Source of the DNA: Myxococcales bacterium
GTDB lineage: Bacteria > Myxococcota_A > Polyangia > Polyangiales > GCA-016699535
Reading direction: 5' to 3'
NCBI GenBank assembly: GCA_016699535.1
Contig: CP064980.1
Span: 593,728 to 657,727, forward strand
Length of the DNA stretch: 64,000 nt
A model generated the notes under the pieces. The model saw nothing but the letters and a program-made list of their open reading frames with translations. It did not search any database and had not been told where the DNA came from. A program made the translations under genes and the position numbers. Positions 30,953 through 40,818 of this stretch are shown one piece after another. Each line of letters opens with the position of its first letter. Positions within the stretch are counted from its first letter, which is position 1.

Positions 30953-31908
30953 ATGAGCACACTCTTACTAAATAAAAGCAATGTTCGCGCACTTTTGAGT
31001 ATGAAAGACGCTTTTGACGCTGTCGAAAAAGCGTTTGAGGCCCATGGGCAAGGTCAAACCCAGATGCCTTGCAAGGTTTATTTGGAATTGCCTCAGTACC
31101 ATGGTGATTTCCGAGCCATGCCTTCGTACATGGACGGCAACGCGGGAATCAAATGGATCAATGTTCACACGGACAACCCCGAGAAATACAAGTTGCCCGT
31201 GGTACTTGGAAGCTTTCTTTTGAGCGATCCAAAAAACGCTTTGCCTTTGGCTTTCATGGACGCCTCTTTGCTAACAGCTTTTCGAACAGGTGCCGCTGCC
31301 GGCGTAGCATCAAAGCACCTTGCCCATAAAGACGCCAAGAGCATTGGTTTTGTAGGTTGCGGCGTGCAAGCTCATTTTGCTCTGGAAGCGCATAAAATTT
31401 ACTTTGAGAATCTTGAAATTCTGTGTGCCGATAAAAACGAAGCGGCTGCCAAGGCCTTTGCCGCTGAAGTCGGCGGAAAAGCGGTCTCCCTTGAGCAAGC
31501 TTCAGGTGCAGACATTATCGTTACCACCACACCAGCGCGAAGCTTTGTGGTCAAACGCGCTTGGTTAAAGACGGCGCGCACATCAACGCGATGGGAGCAG
31601 ATGCTGCTGGAAAACAAGAGCTCGACCCTCAGATTCTCAACGATGGACGCGTCTTTGTCGATGACCTTGAACAAGGCAGCCACAGTGGCGAAATCAATGT
31701 GGCGCTTTCTCAAAAGCTGTTCAAAGTGGATCAAATTGCGGGCAACCTTGGCCAAGTCATCGCTGGCAAATCAGAAGGACGCAAAGGCAATGAAATCACG
31801 ATCTTTGATTCCACCGGCCTTGGCGTACAAGACTTAGCTGTTGCAGCTATCGTTTACCAACGTGCCAAAGAAAAAGGCATCGGCCAAGAGTTTGATTTGC
31901 TAGCCTAG
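30953..31908 (+). pseudogene. ornithine cyclodeaminase / mu-crystallin family protein, frame broken at 31565-31570
   Basis: ORF 30953..31837 matches the family up to ...VVKRAWLK and then becomes junk. ORF 31561..31908 carries the conserved continuation DGAHINAMGADAAGKQELD...IFDSTGLGVQD. The two are joined by a -1 shift at TTA_AAG. Confidence 0.8.
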
Positions 31909-32843
31909 CCAAAAAACTTAGCTAACTCCGATTCGATATCGGGCTGCTCAAAGACAAAACCAGATTCTAAAAGTCGGGTTGGCAGTGCTTTGCAGCTTGC
32001 AAGAACGAGGGCATCGGCAGTTTCGCCAAGCAAAGCGCGTAGAGCAAAGGCTGGCGCAGGAAAGATGGCAGGTCGTCTAATTTTCCTCGCTGTTTGTTTT
32101 GCCAGATCTTTTTGTCGAACAGGTTGAGCGGCAGTGAGATTGTAGATCCCCTCGGACTGTTCGCGTTCTGCCAAAAACAAAAACGCACGTGCAAGATCGT
32201 CGGCGTCAATCCACGGATACCATTGCTTGCCTGAACCAAGTTTGCCGCCAACACCAAGCTTTATAGGCAAAAGCATTTTGTTCCAGGCTGGGGCATCTTC
32301 AGCAAGAACGATTCCGATGCGCCCTATCACCATGCGCAACGTTTCCCGGTGCGCCTCTTCGACATGGCGTGCTTGCGCCTCCCATTGTTTGCAAACATCT
32401 GCCAAAAACCAATCACTCGCTGCTGCACTTTGTTCCGTTACGGTGCGCTCACCTGTATCGCCATAGTAACCCACCGCAGAAGCCTGCAACCAAACACGAG
32501 GCGGATTTTTACACTGCTCAAAAGCAGAACCCAGCGCGTTTGTCGCATCAATACGGCTTTTCAATATCTTTTCTTTGGCATCCGCATCGAGTTTTCCATT
32601 GCCAATTGAAGCACCCGCAAGATTCGCCACAATACTGGCACCTTCGAGCGCTTCGACGATACTTTGTTGGACGGCACCATCATGAGGGTGCCATTCAAAG
32701 ACCTCGACATCTTTTGACAGTCCTGGATCGAGGCGCCGTGAAAGTGCCCTCAAGCGGAAGCCCTGCTTACGCGCTTGAGCAATGAGATGCTTGCCCACCA
32801 CGCCGCCTGCTCCGGCAACGGTAATTATTTTTTTTCCGCTCAT
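31905..32843 (-). CDS. TIGR01777/YfcH-type SDR epimerase-family protein (DUF1731 C-terminus)
   Basis: Rossmann motif ITVAGAGGVVGKHLI. C-terminal ...PTRLLESGFVFEQPDIESEL, typical of the family. Confidence 0.8.
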   Translation of the reverse strand: MSGKKIITVAGAGGVVGKHLIAQARKQGFRLRALSRRLDPGLSKDVEVFEWHPHDGAVQQSIVEALEGASIVANLAGASIGNGKLDADAKEKILKSRIDATNALGSAFEQCKNPPRVWLQASAVGYYGDTGERTVTEQSAAASDWFLADVCKQWEAQARHVEEAHRETLRMVIGRIGIVLAEDAPAWNKMLLPIKLGVGGKLGSGKQWYPWIDADDLARAFLFLAEREQSEGIYNLTAAQPVRQKDLAKQTARKIRRPAIFPAPAFALRALLGETADALVLASCKALPTRLLESGFVFEQPDIESELAKFFG

Positions 32844-34690
32844 TCTAAGGTTCGGATTTTTATCTCGGCTAGCTGCTCAGGACTCACATGATCAGGAGCA
32901 CCCGTCATCAAATCACTTGCTTTCTGTGTCTTGGGAAACGCGATCACATCACGAAGAGATTCGGTCTCGGTAAGAAGCATCACCAAGCGGTCCATGCCCA
33001 CGGCAATTCCACCGTGTGGCGGTGCTCCGTACCTCAAGGCTTTGAGCAAAAACCCAAACTTCGCTTCAGCCTCTTCGGCAGCAATACCAAGCGCTGAAAA
33101 TACTTTGGACTGTATCTCTGGATCGTGCAGACGTATTGAACCACCAGCAATCTCAAAGCCATTTAAAACAAGGTCATAGCGAAAGCACTTTACCATGCCC
33201 GGATCGCTGCTAAGTTTCTCCACACTCTGTTCGTGCGGCTGAGTGAAGGGATGATGCGCAGCAACCCAGCGCTTGCCATCTTCGTCGTACTCAAAGAGAG
33301 GCGGATTGACCACCCACAGCAAGTTCCACTTGCCGTCTGAGCCAAACTCAGGAATCAAGCCAAGCTTTTTAGCTAAATGCACACGTAAATTCGCCATCAC
33401 CGTGTGCACGGTAGCCGCTGGACCAAACTGAAACAGAATAAGATCGCCAGACTTGGCGTCCACTGCTTTGTTTACGGCCTCACGAAAAGCATCGGTTACG
33501 TTTTTGGCCAGTGGGCTTTGCACCCAGTTTCCATCGTCATCGACCTTTGCGCGAGCCAAGCCCTTTGCACCCATGGAAACCACATACTTTTCGAGTTTTT
33601 CGATGTCAGACCGCGAAAAATTGGCCGAAGCCGGAACTACCATGGCTTTGACGATTTCCCGAGGCAGCTCGATACGATACTCACCAGCCGCAAATTTCTT
33701 GGCGAGCGGCTCGAGCATTGGGATGCCCCCGCCTTGGTGCTCGACCACCAGGGAAGTCAAATCACTTTGCTCTAGCCCAAACCGCGTATCGGGTTTGTCA
33801 TTTCCAAAACGACGCATCGATTCATCGAAATCAAGACGCGGAAAAGTCCCTGACGGATATTTTTCCTTCAGGTCAACACCGAGTACGTTAGCGAAAACCT
33901 TAAAGATCAGACCTTCAATGGCCGTAAAGAGATCTTCTTGATTGATAAAACTCATCTCAATATCGATTTGGGTAAACTCGGGCTGCCGGTCAAGACGCAT
34001 ATCTTCGTCACGAAAACATTTCACAATCTGAAAATAGCGATCGAAGCCGGCTACCATGAGCAACTGCTTAAAGAGCTGAGGACTTTCAGCCAGGGCATAG
34101 AACTTGCCGGTATGATGCCGTGATGGCACCAAAAAATTGCGTGCACCACCTGGGGTGTACTTAACCATAAACGGTGTTTCGACCTCCATAAAACCAAGGT
34201 CACTTAAATAGTTGCGCGTGCTATGAGCGATCTGATGCCGCGCGCGCAAGTTCCGTTGCAACACCGGGCGCCGTAAATCCAAAAAACGATATTCGAGGCG
34301 TTTTTCCTCGTTGGTATCGATGTTGTCTTCAATCAGAAATGGCGGCGTTTCGCTTTTGTTGAAGACTGTGATTTCCTCGGCAAGCACTTCGATGTCCCCA
34401 GTGGCGAGCTTCGGATTCTTCATCTCGCCCCGATCGCGGACCTTGCCTCGTAGACCCAGCACCCATTCACCGCGAGCGGCATCGGCTACCTTGAAGGCCT
34501 GCTCGCCGACCGATGGGTCAAAAACGACCTGCGTGACGCCTTCACGGTCACGTAAATCAATAAAAATACAGCCACCGTGGTCTCGCCGACCTGCAACCCA
34601 GCCAAAAAGGATAACCTCTTTATCTACGTCCTGGGCCCGCAGCGCACCGCAGCTGTGGCTTCGTTTGAGTTCATCGATAAAACGCGGCAT
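32840..34690 (-). CDS. aspS: aspartate--tRNA ligase
   Basis: OB-fold N-terminus (GWVAGRRDHGGCIFIDLRDREG). Class II motifs (FRDEDMRLDRQPEFTQID, GGIAVGMDRLVMLL). 616 aa. Confidence 0.95.
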   Translation of the reverse strand: MPRFIDELKRSHSCGALRAQDVDKEVILFGWVAGRRDHGGCIFIDLRDREGVTQVVFDPSVGEQAFKVADAARGEWVLGLRGKVRDRGEMKNPKLATGDIEVLAEEITVFNKSETPPFLIEDNIDTNEEKRLEYRFLDLRRPVLQRNLRARHQIAHSTRNYLSDLGFMEVETPFMVKYTPGGARNFLVPSRHHTGKFYALAESPQLFKQLLMVAGFDRYFQIVKCFRDEDMRLDRQPEFTQIDIEMSFINQEDLFTAIEGLIFKVFANVLGVDLKEKYPSGTFPRLDFDESMRRFGNDKPDTRFGLEQSDLTSLVVEHQGGGIPMLEPLAKKFAAGEYRIELPREIVKAMVVPASANFSRSDIEKLEKYVVSMGAKGLARAKVDDDGNWVQSPLAKNVTDAFREAVNKAVDAKSGDLILFQFGPAATVHTVMANLRVHLAKKLGLIPEFGSDGKWNLLWVVNPPLFEYDEDGKRWVAAHHPFTQPHEQSVEKLSSDPGMVKCFRYDLVLNGFEIAGGSIRLHDPEIQSKVFSALGIAAEEAEAKFGFLLKALRYGAPPHGGIAVGMDRLVMLLTETESLRDVIAFPKTQKASDLMTGAPDHVSPEQLAEIKIRTLE

Positions 34691-34887
34691 TAGAGCTCGC
34701 TTCTAGGCCCGCACCAGCGTCCAGTCAAGAGAATTTGGGCAGCTTTTAGGGCCAAAGGACCTGACCGCACTACCAAAGTAATGACAGGAGGCACTGTTTT
34801 TTATAAGATTTGAAGCGTCATCCCTATAGGATGAAGGTATTTGCACCTCAGCAACGCGGAAAAGGCCTTCTAAGGAGAGAGCAACCC

Positions 34888-35409
34888 ATGGCACAAGAAG
34901 AACCAATCACCTGTCCGATGTGCGGCTTCAGCAACGAAGCTGGCAGCCAGCGCTGTGTTTCCTGCGGCGCAAAACTCATGATGACCACGGCAGAGTACGC
35001 AAGCGATGAAGGCGAGCACCGTCGCTACCAACAAGATGGCTTCGATTGGCGATGGGTAGCCGGCTCAGCCATCGCCTTTTTGGTCGTGGAGATCCTGGTA
35101 CTTGTTGTGTTGCCTATTTTGATCACACCGTTTGATCCGATGGGTATCACGGGATTGGTGGTTGCCGTTGGCATTTGGTTTGTAGGAGGCATCATTGTTG
35201 GTGTCGTTTCACCAGGAAAAACCTTTATGGAACCTGCGGTCGGCGCGTTGGTTGTGCTTGGACCCACGATCATCTATCAAATGCTGATCACGCCCGAAGG
35301 ATTTGACTCATCACTGTTGGCGTATCTTGTCGTCGGCTTGCTTGGGGCGATGTGGACTTTGTTTGGCGCCTTCTTTGGCGAAAAGCTCCAGATCTCATCG
35401 GGAAGTTAG
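34888..35409 (+). CDS. zinc-ribbon membrane protein
   Basis: N-terminal CPMCGFSNEAGSQRCVSCG zinc ribbon followed by four hydrophobic helices. AAGGAGAG Shine-Dalgarno 8 nt upstream of the ATG at 34888. Confidence 0.6.
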   Translation: MAQEEPITCPMCGFSNEAGSQRCVSCGAKLMMTTAEYASDEGEHRRYQQDGFDWRWVAGSAIAFLVVEILVLVVLPILITPFDPMGITGLVVAVGIWFVGGIIVGVVSPGKTFMEPAVGALVVLGPTIIYQMLITPEGFDSSLLAYLVVGLLGAMWTLFGAFFGEKLQISSGS

Positions 35410-35412
35410 ACT

Positions 35413-36396
35413 TTAGTCACAACCAATACGTGTATCCGAGACCATAATCTCATCGACGTAGAAAGTCTGCGGATAGCTGTCAGCTTGATCAAGTTGATTT
35501 ATAAATCCCAACTGAATCGAAAAGTATTTCATATCAACACGGCCGCCAGTATCCCAAGAACCGATACAAACGTCGTCCATCCATACATCGACGCGTTCAT
35601 CGGATGATGAAGCATGGATTTCCAGGCAACTCCATACCTCTATGGGAATGGCAAAGTCAGAATAGGCATCACGACTACTGCTTCCACCGTAAGTTCCAGT
35701 TAAGCTGAAGTAGCCTATTTTGTTGTTGGTGTTTGTGCGAATAGCAATATCGTTGTTGCCGGTTCCCCCACCTTGCCTCAGCATAAGCAAATCCGTAGCT
35801 GTATTCCATCCGCTTGGGAAATAGAAATACGCGCGGGCATAGATATCTGTCGTTCCATCACTGTAGAACGCATCGGAAGGTCCGTTTATTTCTGGATATC
35901 CGTAAACGGTGTCACGTGAGCTCGACACTGAGAACTTATTCGCATTTGTCCCACGATACACTTGGGAGGTTTCCACCTGCATAGACCCTCCGACAGCATT
36001 GCTAAGCCAAGTTGCATGGGTTTCCCCCCCGTCATCTACCGATCGGCAAAACGCTAGACTACGTGTGCCATCATCACACGCCGTCGCGTCAAAAGGCTTG
36101 GGATCAAGCATTGGAGCATCACCCTCGGAACACACTGCAGGGATCGGCACGGCGGCATCCTGTATCGATGTATCGGGGTTAGCATCTTGTTGTGCACCAT
36201 CTGCGGTTATCGATGCGTCATTGAGATCACCAGGCAGCACACAAATGTTTCTGCTCTCGTCGCACACAAAACCTTCAACACATGGGCATGACCGAGCGCT
36301 CAAATCGATACTTCGAGCGCAGGCAACTGAAAAAACTACTATAACGAGAAGAAACAGCCAATTGGGCTTTGTCTCTATACTCTCAGAACTAATCAC
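35413..36396 (-). CDS. secreted lipoprotein, Cys-rich N-module + LamG/ConA-like (polysaccharide-lyase-like) domain, paralog 2
   Basis: Lipobox SVAC. SCPCVEGFVCDESRNICV module. C-terminal WSCLEIHASS...VDVWMDDVCIG...SYPQTFYVDEIMVSDTRIGCD. Paralogous to the upstream gene. Confidence 0.6.
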   Translation of the reverse strand: MISSESIETKPNWLFLLVIVVFSVACARSIDLSARSCPCVEGFVCDESRNICVLPGDLNDASITADGAQQDANPDTSIQDAAVPIPAVCSEGDAPMLDPKPFDATACDDGTRSLAFCRSVDDGGETHATWLSNAVGGSMQVETSQVYRGTNANKFSVSSSRDTVYGYPEINGPSDAFYSDGTTDIYARAYFYFPSGWNTATDLLMLRQGGGTGNNDIAIRTNTNNKIGYFSLTGTYGGSSSRDAYSDFAIPIEVWSCLEIHASSSDERVDVWMDDVCIGSWDTGGRVDMKYFSIQLGFINQLDQADSYPQTFYVDEIMVSDTRIGCD

Positions 36397-37333
36397 AACC
36401 TATCCTTGAATCAGCAACCATAACTTCATCAAAAACTATACTCTGAGGGTAACTTGCAGCTGGCTGTATCTGTTCTAGTATGCCGTATTGAAGATCGGTG
36501 CCTTGACTTATGCTTGCAGCATCGAAAGGAACATGTGCGATGCACTCATCGTTAATCCAAAGGTCTGCCGTATCCGTCACGCTTGATGCATGAATTTCAA
36601 CGCATTGCCATGCGTCTAAAGTGAGACTGTGATCAAACAGTTCATCACCAGTAGCGTCAGGATTGACCCACTTTATTCCCAATTTTGCTGTTTGATCTAA
36701 TGTTATTCGAAAGCCATTCAAACGAAAAAGTGTAGCACCCAAACTCCAATCTGAAGGCAGATTAACATAGAACCTAAAATACAGCTCATCGCTTCCGCTT
36801 GGGAACAAGTTACACGTACCTGTATGACTGAAAACGACACGGTAAGCTACTTGATCCGTTGAAACCGTGTACTGCTCTGAACCATCACCACGATATTTTG
36901 GATCGATGACCGTTGCGCTTGTTCCATTGCCTACGGTTATTGTCTGCCATTGGTTACAGGCAGCGTGCCCGCCACTATTGTCTCCTGAGAGACAAAATAC
37001 GGTTTGAACATCCCAAGGCGCTTCGTCGCAATTTGTATTATCGATGGGCATTACCGTTGTGCCCATAACTGGATCATCAGAACACTGAGGACCTGGATCC
37101 ACATATGCGTCTGGTGTGGCAGCATCGACAAGAGGAATAAAACTGTCCTGCGCCGCGTCGCGTACACCGGTATCTTCCAGGGCAACTACGCACGTATTGG
37201 TTCTCTCGTCACAGACATAGCCGGTAACACACGGACAGCTTTTTCCAATCAAAGTAAGGCTGCCCTTACTGCAGGAAAAAAGCAGAAAAAAAGCGAAAAT
37301 CAAACTAATTTTCAGGCCACTCATAATCCTCAC
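36389..37333 (-). CDS. secreted lipoprotein, Cys-rich N-module + LamG/ConA-like domain, paralog 1
   Basis: Lipobox LFSC. SCPCVTGYVCDERTNTCV. C-terminal WQCVEIHASS...ADLWINDECIA...SYPQSIVFDEVMVADSRIGCD. 8-nt overlap with paralog 2. Confidence 0.6.
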   Translation of the reverse strand: MRIMSGLKISLIFAFFLLFSCSKGSLTLIGKSCPCVTGYVCDERTNTCVVALEDTGVRDAAQDSFIPLVDAATPDAYVDPGPQCSDDPVMGTTVMPIDNTNCDEAPWDVQTVFCLSGDNSGGHAACNQWQTITVGNGTSATVIDPKYRGDGSEQYTVSTDQVAYRVVFSHTGTCNLFPSGSDELYFRFYVNLPSDWSLGATLFRLNGFRITLDQTAKLGIKWVNPDATGDELFDHSLTLDAWQCVEIHASSVTDTADLWINDECIAHVPFDAASISQGTDLQYGILEQIQPAASYPQSIVFDEVMVADSRIGCD

Positions 37334-37441
37334 TTATATTAGGCCCATTAGCTCTTTGTTGCCAGTCAACGACACTAAACGAGTATGCTCAAGTAGGCAC
37401 AGAACCACACCTTTGCTGCATACAAACGGTAAGCTTAAAGT

Positions 37442-37475
37442 AAAACCCACGGTTCATTGTTGAACCGTGGGTTTT
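37442..37475 (-). terminator. rho-independent terminator hairpin (perfect 15-bp stem, 4-nt loop)
   Basis: AAAACCCACGGTTCA-ttgt-TGAACCGTGGGTTTT, 18 nt downstream of the stop of the 37493..38923 gene. A/T runs on both sides, so it could work in both directions. Confidence 0.75.
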
Positions 37476-37492
37476 ATCACAGCATTACAAAT

Positions 37493-38923
37493 CTAGTTAC
37501 AGCTGCCTTCTTCATAGTATGAAAACAAAAAATCAGAGCCGGGATTTTCAGCGCCTACCATACACATATCGCTCGCTACGCTTAGCGAGTAGAGCTCAGA
37601 GCTGGTGTTATTTGTCTCCGTGGCATCTATCATACCAGCAAGGACCTTTATCTCTGGAATACCATTAAACTCGATGCAACCATTTTGCTTTGGCATGAGC
37701 AGCTCTGCTTTGGGAGGACCGCCAATCATGACTTCAAACAATTGATCTTGAAGCCAGTCTGGTGCATCCGAACCTGCTACTTCCGATAAGCTGATGGCAG
37801 CTGCCAAATCAAGCTTTGGCTCAAGAGTGAGCTTTAGGCCTTCATCCACCATCTCAAGACTGCCCGAGAACTTGCCCTCACTATCAGTATTCCACGCAAC
37901 ATCCACTACGGGATTCTCACCATAAACAGCCGTAGCACTCTGATTGCCAATCGACACGTCCGTGAAACGGATCTGCTCATCGATACCATCAATCTCGAGC
38001 ACACCACTCAAACCAGACATATTTACGTTAATGGTTTTAAGTGAGGCGCAATCTTTTGTTGTAGGATCGCAGTAGTCGTTTTCCGGGACAATCAATTCAA
38101 AGTCAGCAAAACTTGCAGTTGTCCTAAAAATCTTATCCGGTTGGCTCATTTCCAAAACAAGAGCGGGAACCGCCTTAGCAAGACGAAACTCCGTGTCGGG
38201 AACATTGCGTCCTGGGGCTATCACTTCGATGTCAGAAAGAACATTAACGTTAATTGTGTAGACACCGTCCTCGATGCGGGCGACTGAGAATCCAATCTTG
38301 CCTTTGGCTTCTAGCGCAAGAGGCGGGTCACTATCGATCACATGAATAAACTCTTGCTCGGCTTTAGCAAGCACTGCAAGATCAATCTCGCCACTGATGT
38401 TGTTTTCATCGAGATCAATTTTAAGGACGCGATGTTCATTGGCACCTAAAAGCAACTCTACATGAAGCTTGCCTTCTTCTGGAGAACGAACGAGCCAGAC
38501 CACGGGGTTTTGCTCAAGCTCGCTTGCGCAATCATTGTACGAGGGAGAAGGATTGGTGTACGCGCGGCAATGGATTTCAGGGCCAACGGTGTAGCGAACC
38601 TGACTGGAACTTGCTTGCTCGGCGTACTGAAGATCAAAGGCTTCTTCCTCAACGTCCATCGCACCCCAAGCTGACTCAGCTAGACGTGGCGTGTTTGTGA
38701 TCGTACTTCCATCGCAATATCCACCATTGAGCACTTGAAATAGACTTTGCAAGAGCCCTTCGTTCGTCACGGCAAGTGCGTTCTTTAGGCCAGCGCCGTG
38801 CGCATCAAGCATGGTATTAACACTGTCAGTCGCCTCTTCAGCGCTGAGCGGACGTTCATCATCACTGCATGCTGCGATGCTCAGACTAAACGCCAAGCCC
38901 ACCGAGAATATTTTTTTTGTCAT
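37493..38923 (-). CDS. hypothetical lipoprotein (476 aa)
   Basis: Lipobox SIAAC. Acidic, beta-rich sequence. No recognisable family. Confidence 0.55.
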   Translation of the reverse strand: MTKKIFSVGLAFSLSIAACSDDERPLSAEEATDSVNTMLDAHGAGLKNALAVTNEGLLQSLFQVLNGGYCDGSTITNTPRLAESAWGAMDVEEEAFDLQYAEQASSSQVRYTVGPEIHCRAYTNPSPSYNDCASELEQNPVVWLVRSPEEGKLHVELLLGANEHRVLKIDLDENNISGEIDLAVLAKAEQEFIHVIDSDPPLALEAKGKIGFSVARIEDGVYTINVNVLSDIEVIAPGRNVPDTEFRLAKAVPALVLEMSQPDKIFRTTASFADFELIVPENDYCDPTTKDCASLKTINVNMSGLSGVLEIDGIDEQIRFTDVSIGNQSATAVYGENPVVDVAWNTDSEGKFSGSLEMVDEGLKLTLEPKLDLAAAISLSEVAGSDAPDWLQDQLFEVMIGGPPKAELLMPKQNGCIEFNGIPEIKVLAGMIDATETNNTSSELYSLSVASDMCMVGAENPGSDFLFSYYEEGSCN

Positions 38924-39126
38924 TGCTACGCCTGTTTCCTTTCAAGTTAGTGATAAGCAAGCTGGCTCACTCTCAGCAAAATCCGTACCAACAGATTTTC
39001 CGAGAATAATGAGGCTGCAATTGGCAATGAGTGTCGCAAAGACGGCACAACTGTGACAAAAAAGACACAGGTGTGTGCACGCTTTGTAAAAATAAAAGCA
39101 CAACGGCGTCCAGATGTTCACATCAG

Positions 39127-40548
39127 CTAAAGAATGGGCAAGTGCCTCGGTTTGGACCCGCCGTCGATAATATCCGCAAGCAAATCATAATCTGCAGCGT
39201 CCGTAACGTGGGCTTGTACGATATCGCCTGCCTTTGCAGTGCCATTGGCAAGATAAACCTTGCCGTCGATATCGGGAGCCTGGCCACGATGTCTTCCTTC
39301 CAAGAGAAGATCGCTTTCATCGCTCAGTCCTTCGACCATTACCTCAAGGGTTTTGCCGATATAGTCACGCAACTTGCGCTTGGAAATATCGTTTTGCAGC
39401 GCCATGAGTTCCGCTGCACGCCGCTTTGCAACTTCTCTTGGGACTTGCTCCTTTAAGACGGAGCTCGGCGTGCCATCTTCTTTGGAAAATAAAAACACGC
39501 CCACATGATCGAACTCGGCCCAGCTCACAAATTTTTTCAGCTCATCAAAGTCCGCATCGGTCTCGCCGGGATGGCCCACAATAAACGCCGAACGTAAACA
39601 CGCATCCGGTATTTCTTGTTTAAGTCGCTCCACGACCCGATAAATACGCTGTCCACCGTGCCCTCGGCTCATCAAACGCAGCATTCGATTGCTGGCGTGT
39701 TGCAACGGCATATCAACATAAGGAAGCAACTTTTTACTCTGCCGAAAAAGCTCAATTAGCTGATCCGTCATTTTTTCGGGATACAGATAAAACAAACGCA
39801 GCCATGCAAGATCGTGAACCTCCTCCAACGCGACTATCAATTCTTCGAGCGAACTTTTACTTTGCAGGTCTCGGCCGTACGCAATGGTATCTTGACTCAC
39901 GATGTTAATCTCACGGCTGCCCGAAGCTACCAGTCGGCTTACTTCTTGAACTACGTCAGCAACCGGACGTGAGCGTTGTTTGCCGCGAATACCGGGAATC
40001 GCGCAAAAACTACAATAACGATTGCAGCCTTCAGCTATCTTCACCCACACACTGTGTTGTTTAGACGATAGAGCGCGCGGATCATCGCTCCGATAGACGT
40101 AATCCATTGGGTTGCCCACAAGCATGCGAGGCGGTGTCGATGAAAGCACTGTCTTGAGTTTGAGCATGTCGCTCGAGCCAAGAAAATGGTCGACTTCGGG
40201 CAGCTGATTTGCGAGCTCTTCCGGATAACGCTGCGAAAGGCAGCCCGTAACGACAAGCTTTTGGCATTTGCCTTCTTCTTTGTAGCGCGCCATCTCAAGG
40301 ATGGTATCGATCGATTCCTCTTTTGCAGCGTCGATAAAACCACAGGTGTTGACGACGATGACCTCAGCTTTTTTGGCATCGTTTTCATGAATAAAACCTG
40401 CACCTTGAGAGACGCCGAGCATCACCTCGGTATCGACACGGTTTTTCGGACAACCTAGGGAAATAAAATGCACACTTCGGATCGAGTCACTGCCTGTCAA
40501 AGGCTTTTCGGTGGACGAAGGTGTTGTAGAACGAACTCTGTTTGGCAT
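39127..40548 (-). CDS. rimO: ribosomal protein S12 methylthiotransferase RimO (radical SAM, TRAM C-terminus)
   Basis: UPF0004 N-domain (FISLGCPKNRVDTE...VNTCGFI). Radical-SAM CNRYCSFC. C-terminal TRAM domain. Start trimmed to MPNRVRS. Confidence 0.85.
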   Translation of the reverse strand: MPNRVRSTTPSSTEKPLTGSDSIRSVHFISLGCPKNRVDTEVMLGVSQGAGFIHENDAKKAEVIVVNTCGFIDAAKEESIDTILEMARYKEEGKCQKLVVTGCLSQRYPEELANQLPEVDHFLGSSDMLKLKTVLSSTPPRMLVGNPMDYVYRSDDPRALSSKQHSVWVKIAEGCNRYCSFCAIPGIRGKQRSRPVADVVQEVSRLVASGSREINIVSQDTIAYGRDLQSKSSLEELIVALEEVHDLAWLRLFYLYPEKMTDQLIELFRQSKKLLPYVDMPLQHASNRMLRLMSRGHGGQRIYRVVERLKQEIPDACLRSAFIVGHPGETDADFDELKKFVSWAEFDHVGVFLFSKEDGTPSSVLKEQVPREVAKRRAAELMALQNDISKRKLRDYIGKTLEVMVEGLSDESDLLLEGRHRGQAPDIDGKVYLANGTAKAGDIVQAHVTDAADYDLLADIIDGGSKPRHLPIL

Positions 40549-40818
40549 AGGGAATTCCGCGGTATATAACACGGACACACACAATGCCATAAACACCGTT
40601 CTTTTAGCGAAACTCCCAATCTAAAAGACTGCTCTAAAATGGCTTCCGTCACTAAAATGACGACGTTTTTTCGCAAGAAGCTAGAAGCTCTGGTTTTGGC
40701 TCCTCGGAAGAATCTCCGCGCATTGGCTCGGTTCACCGTTGAGCGGCAGTCCCTTAAAACCAAAAAGAATACCGAGCTTTTGACCGTTGGGATTCGGGCT
40801 TGCTAAGCTAAGGCTCTA

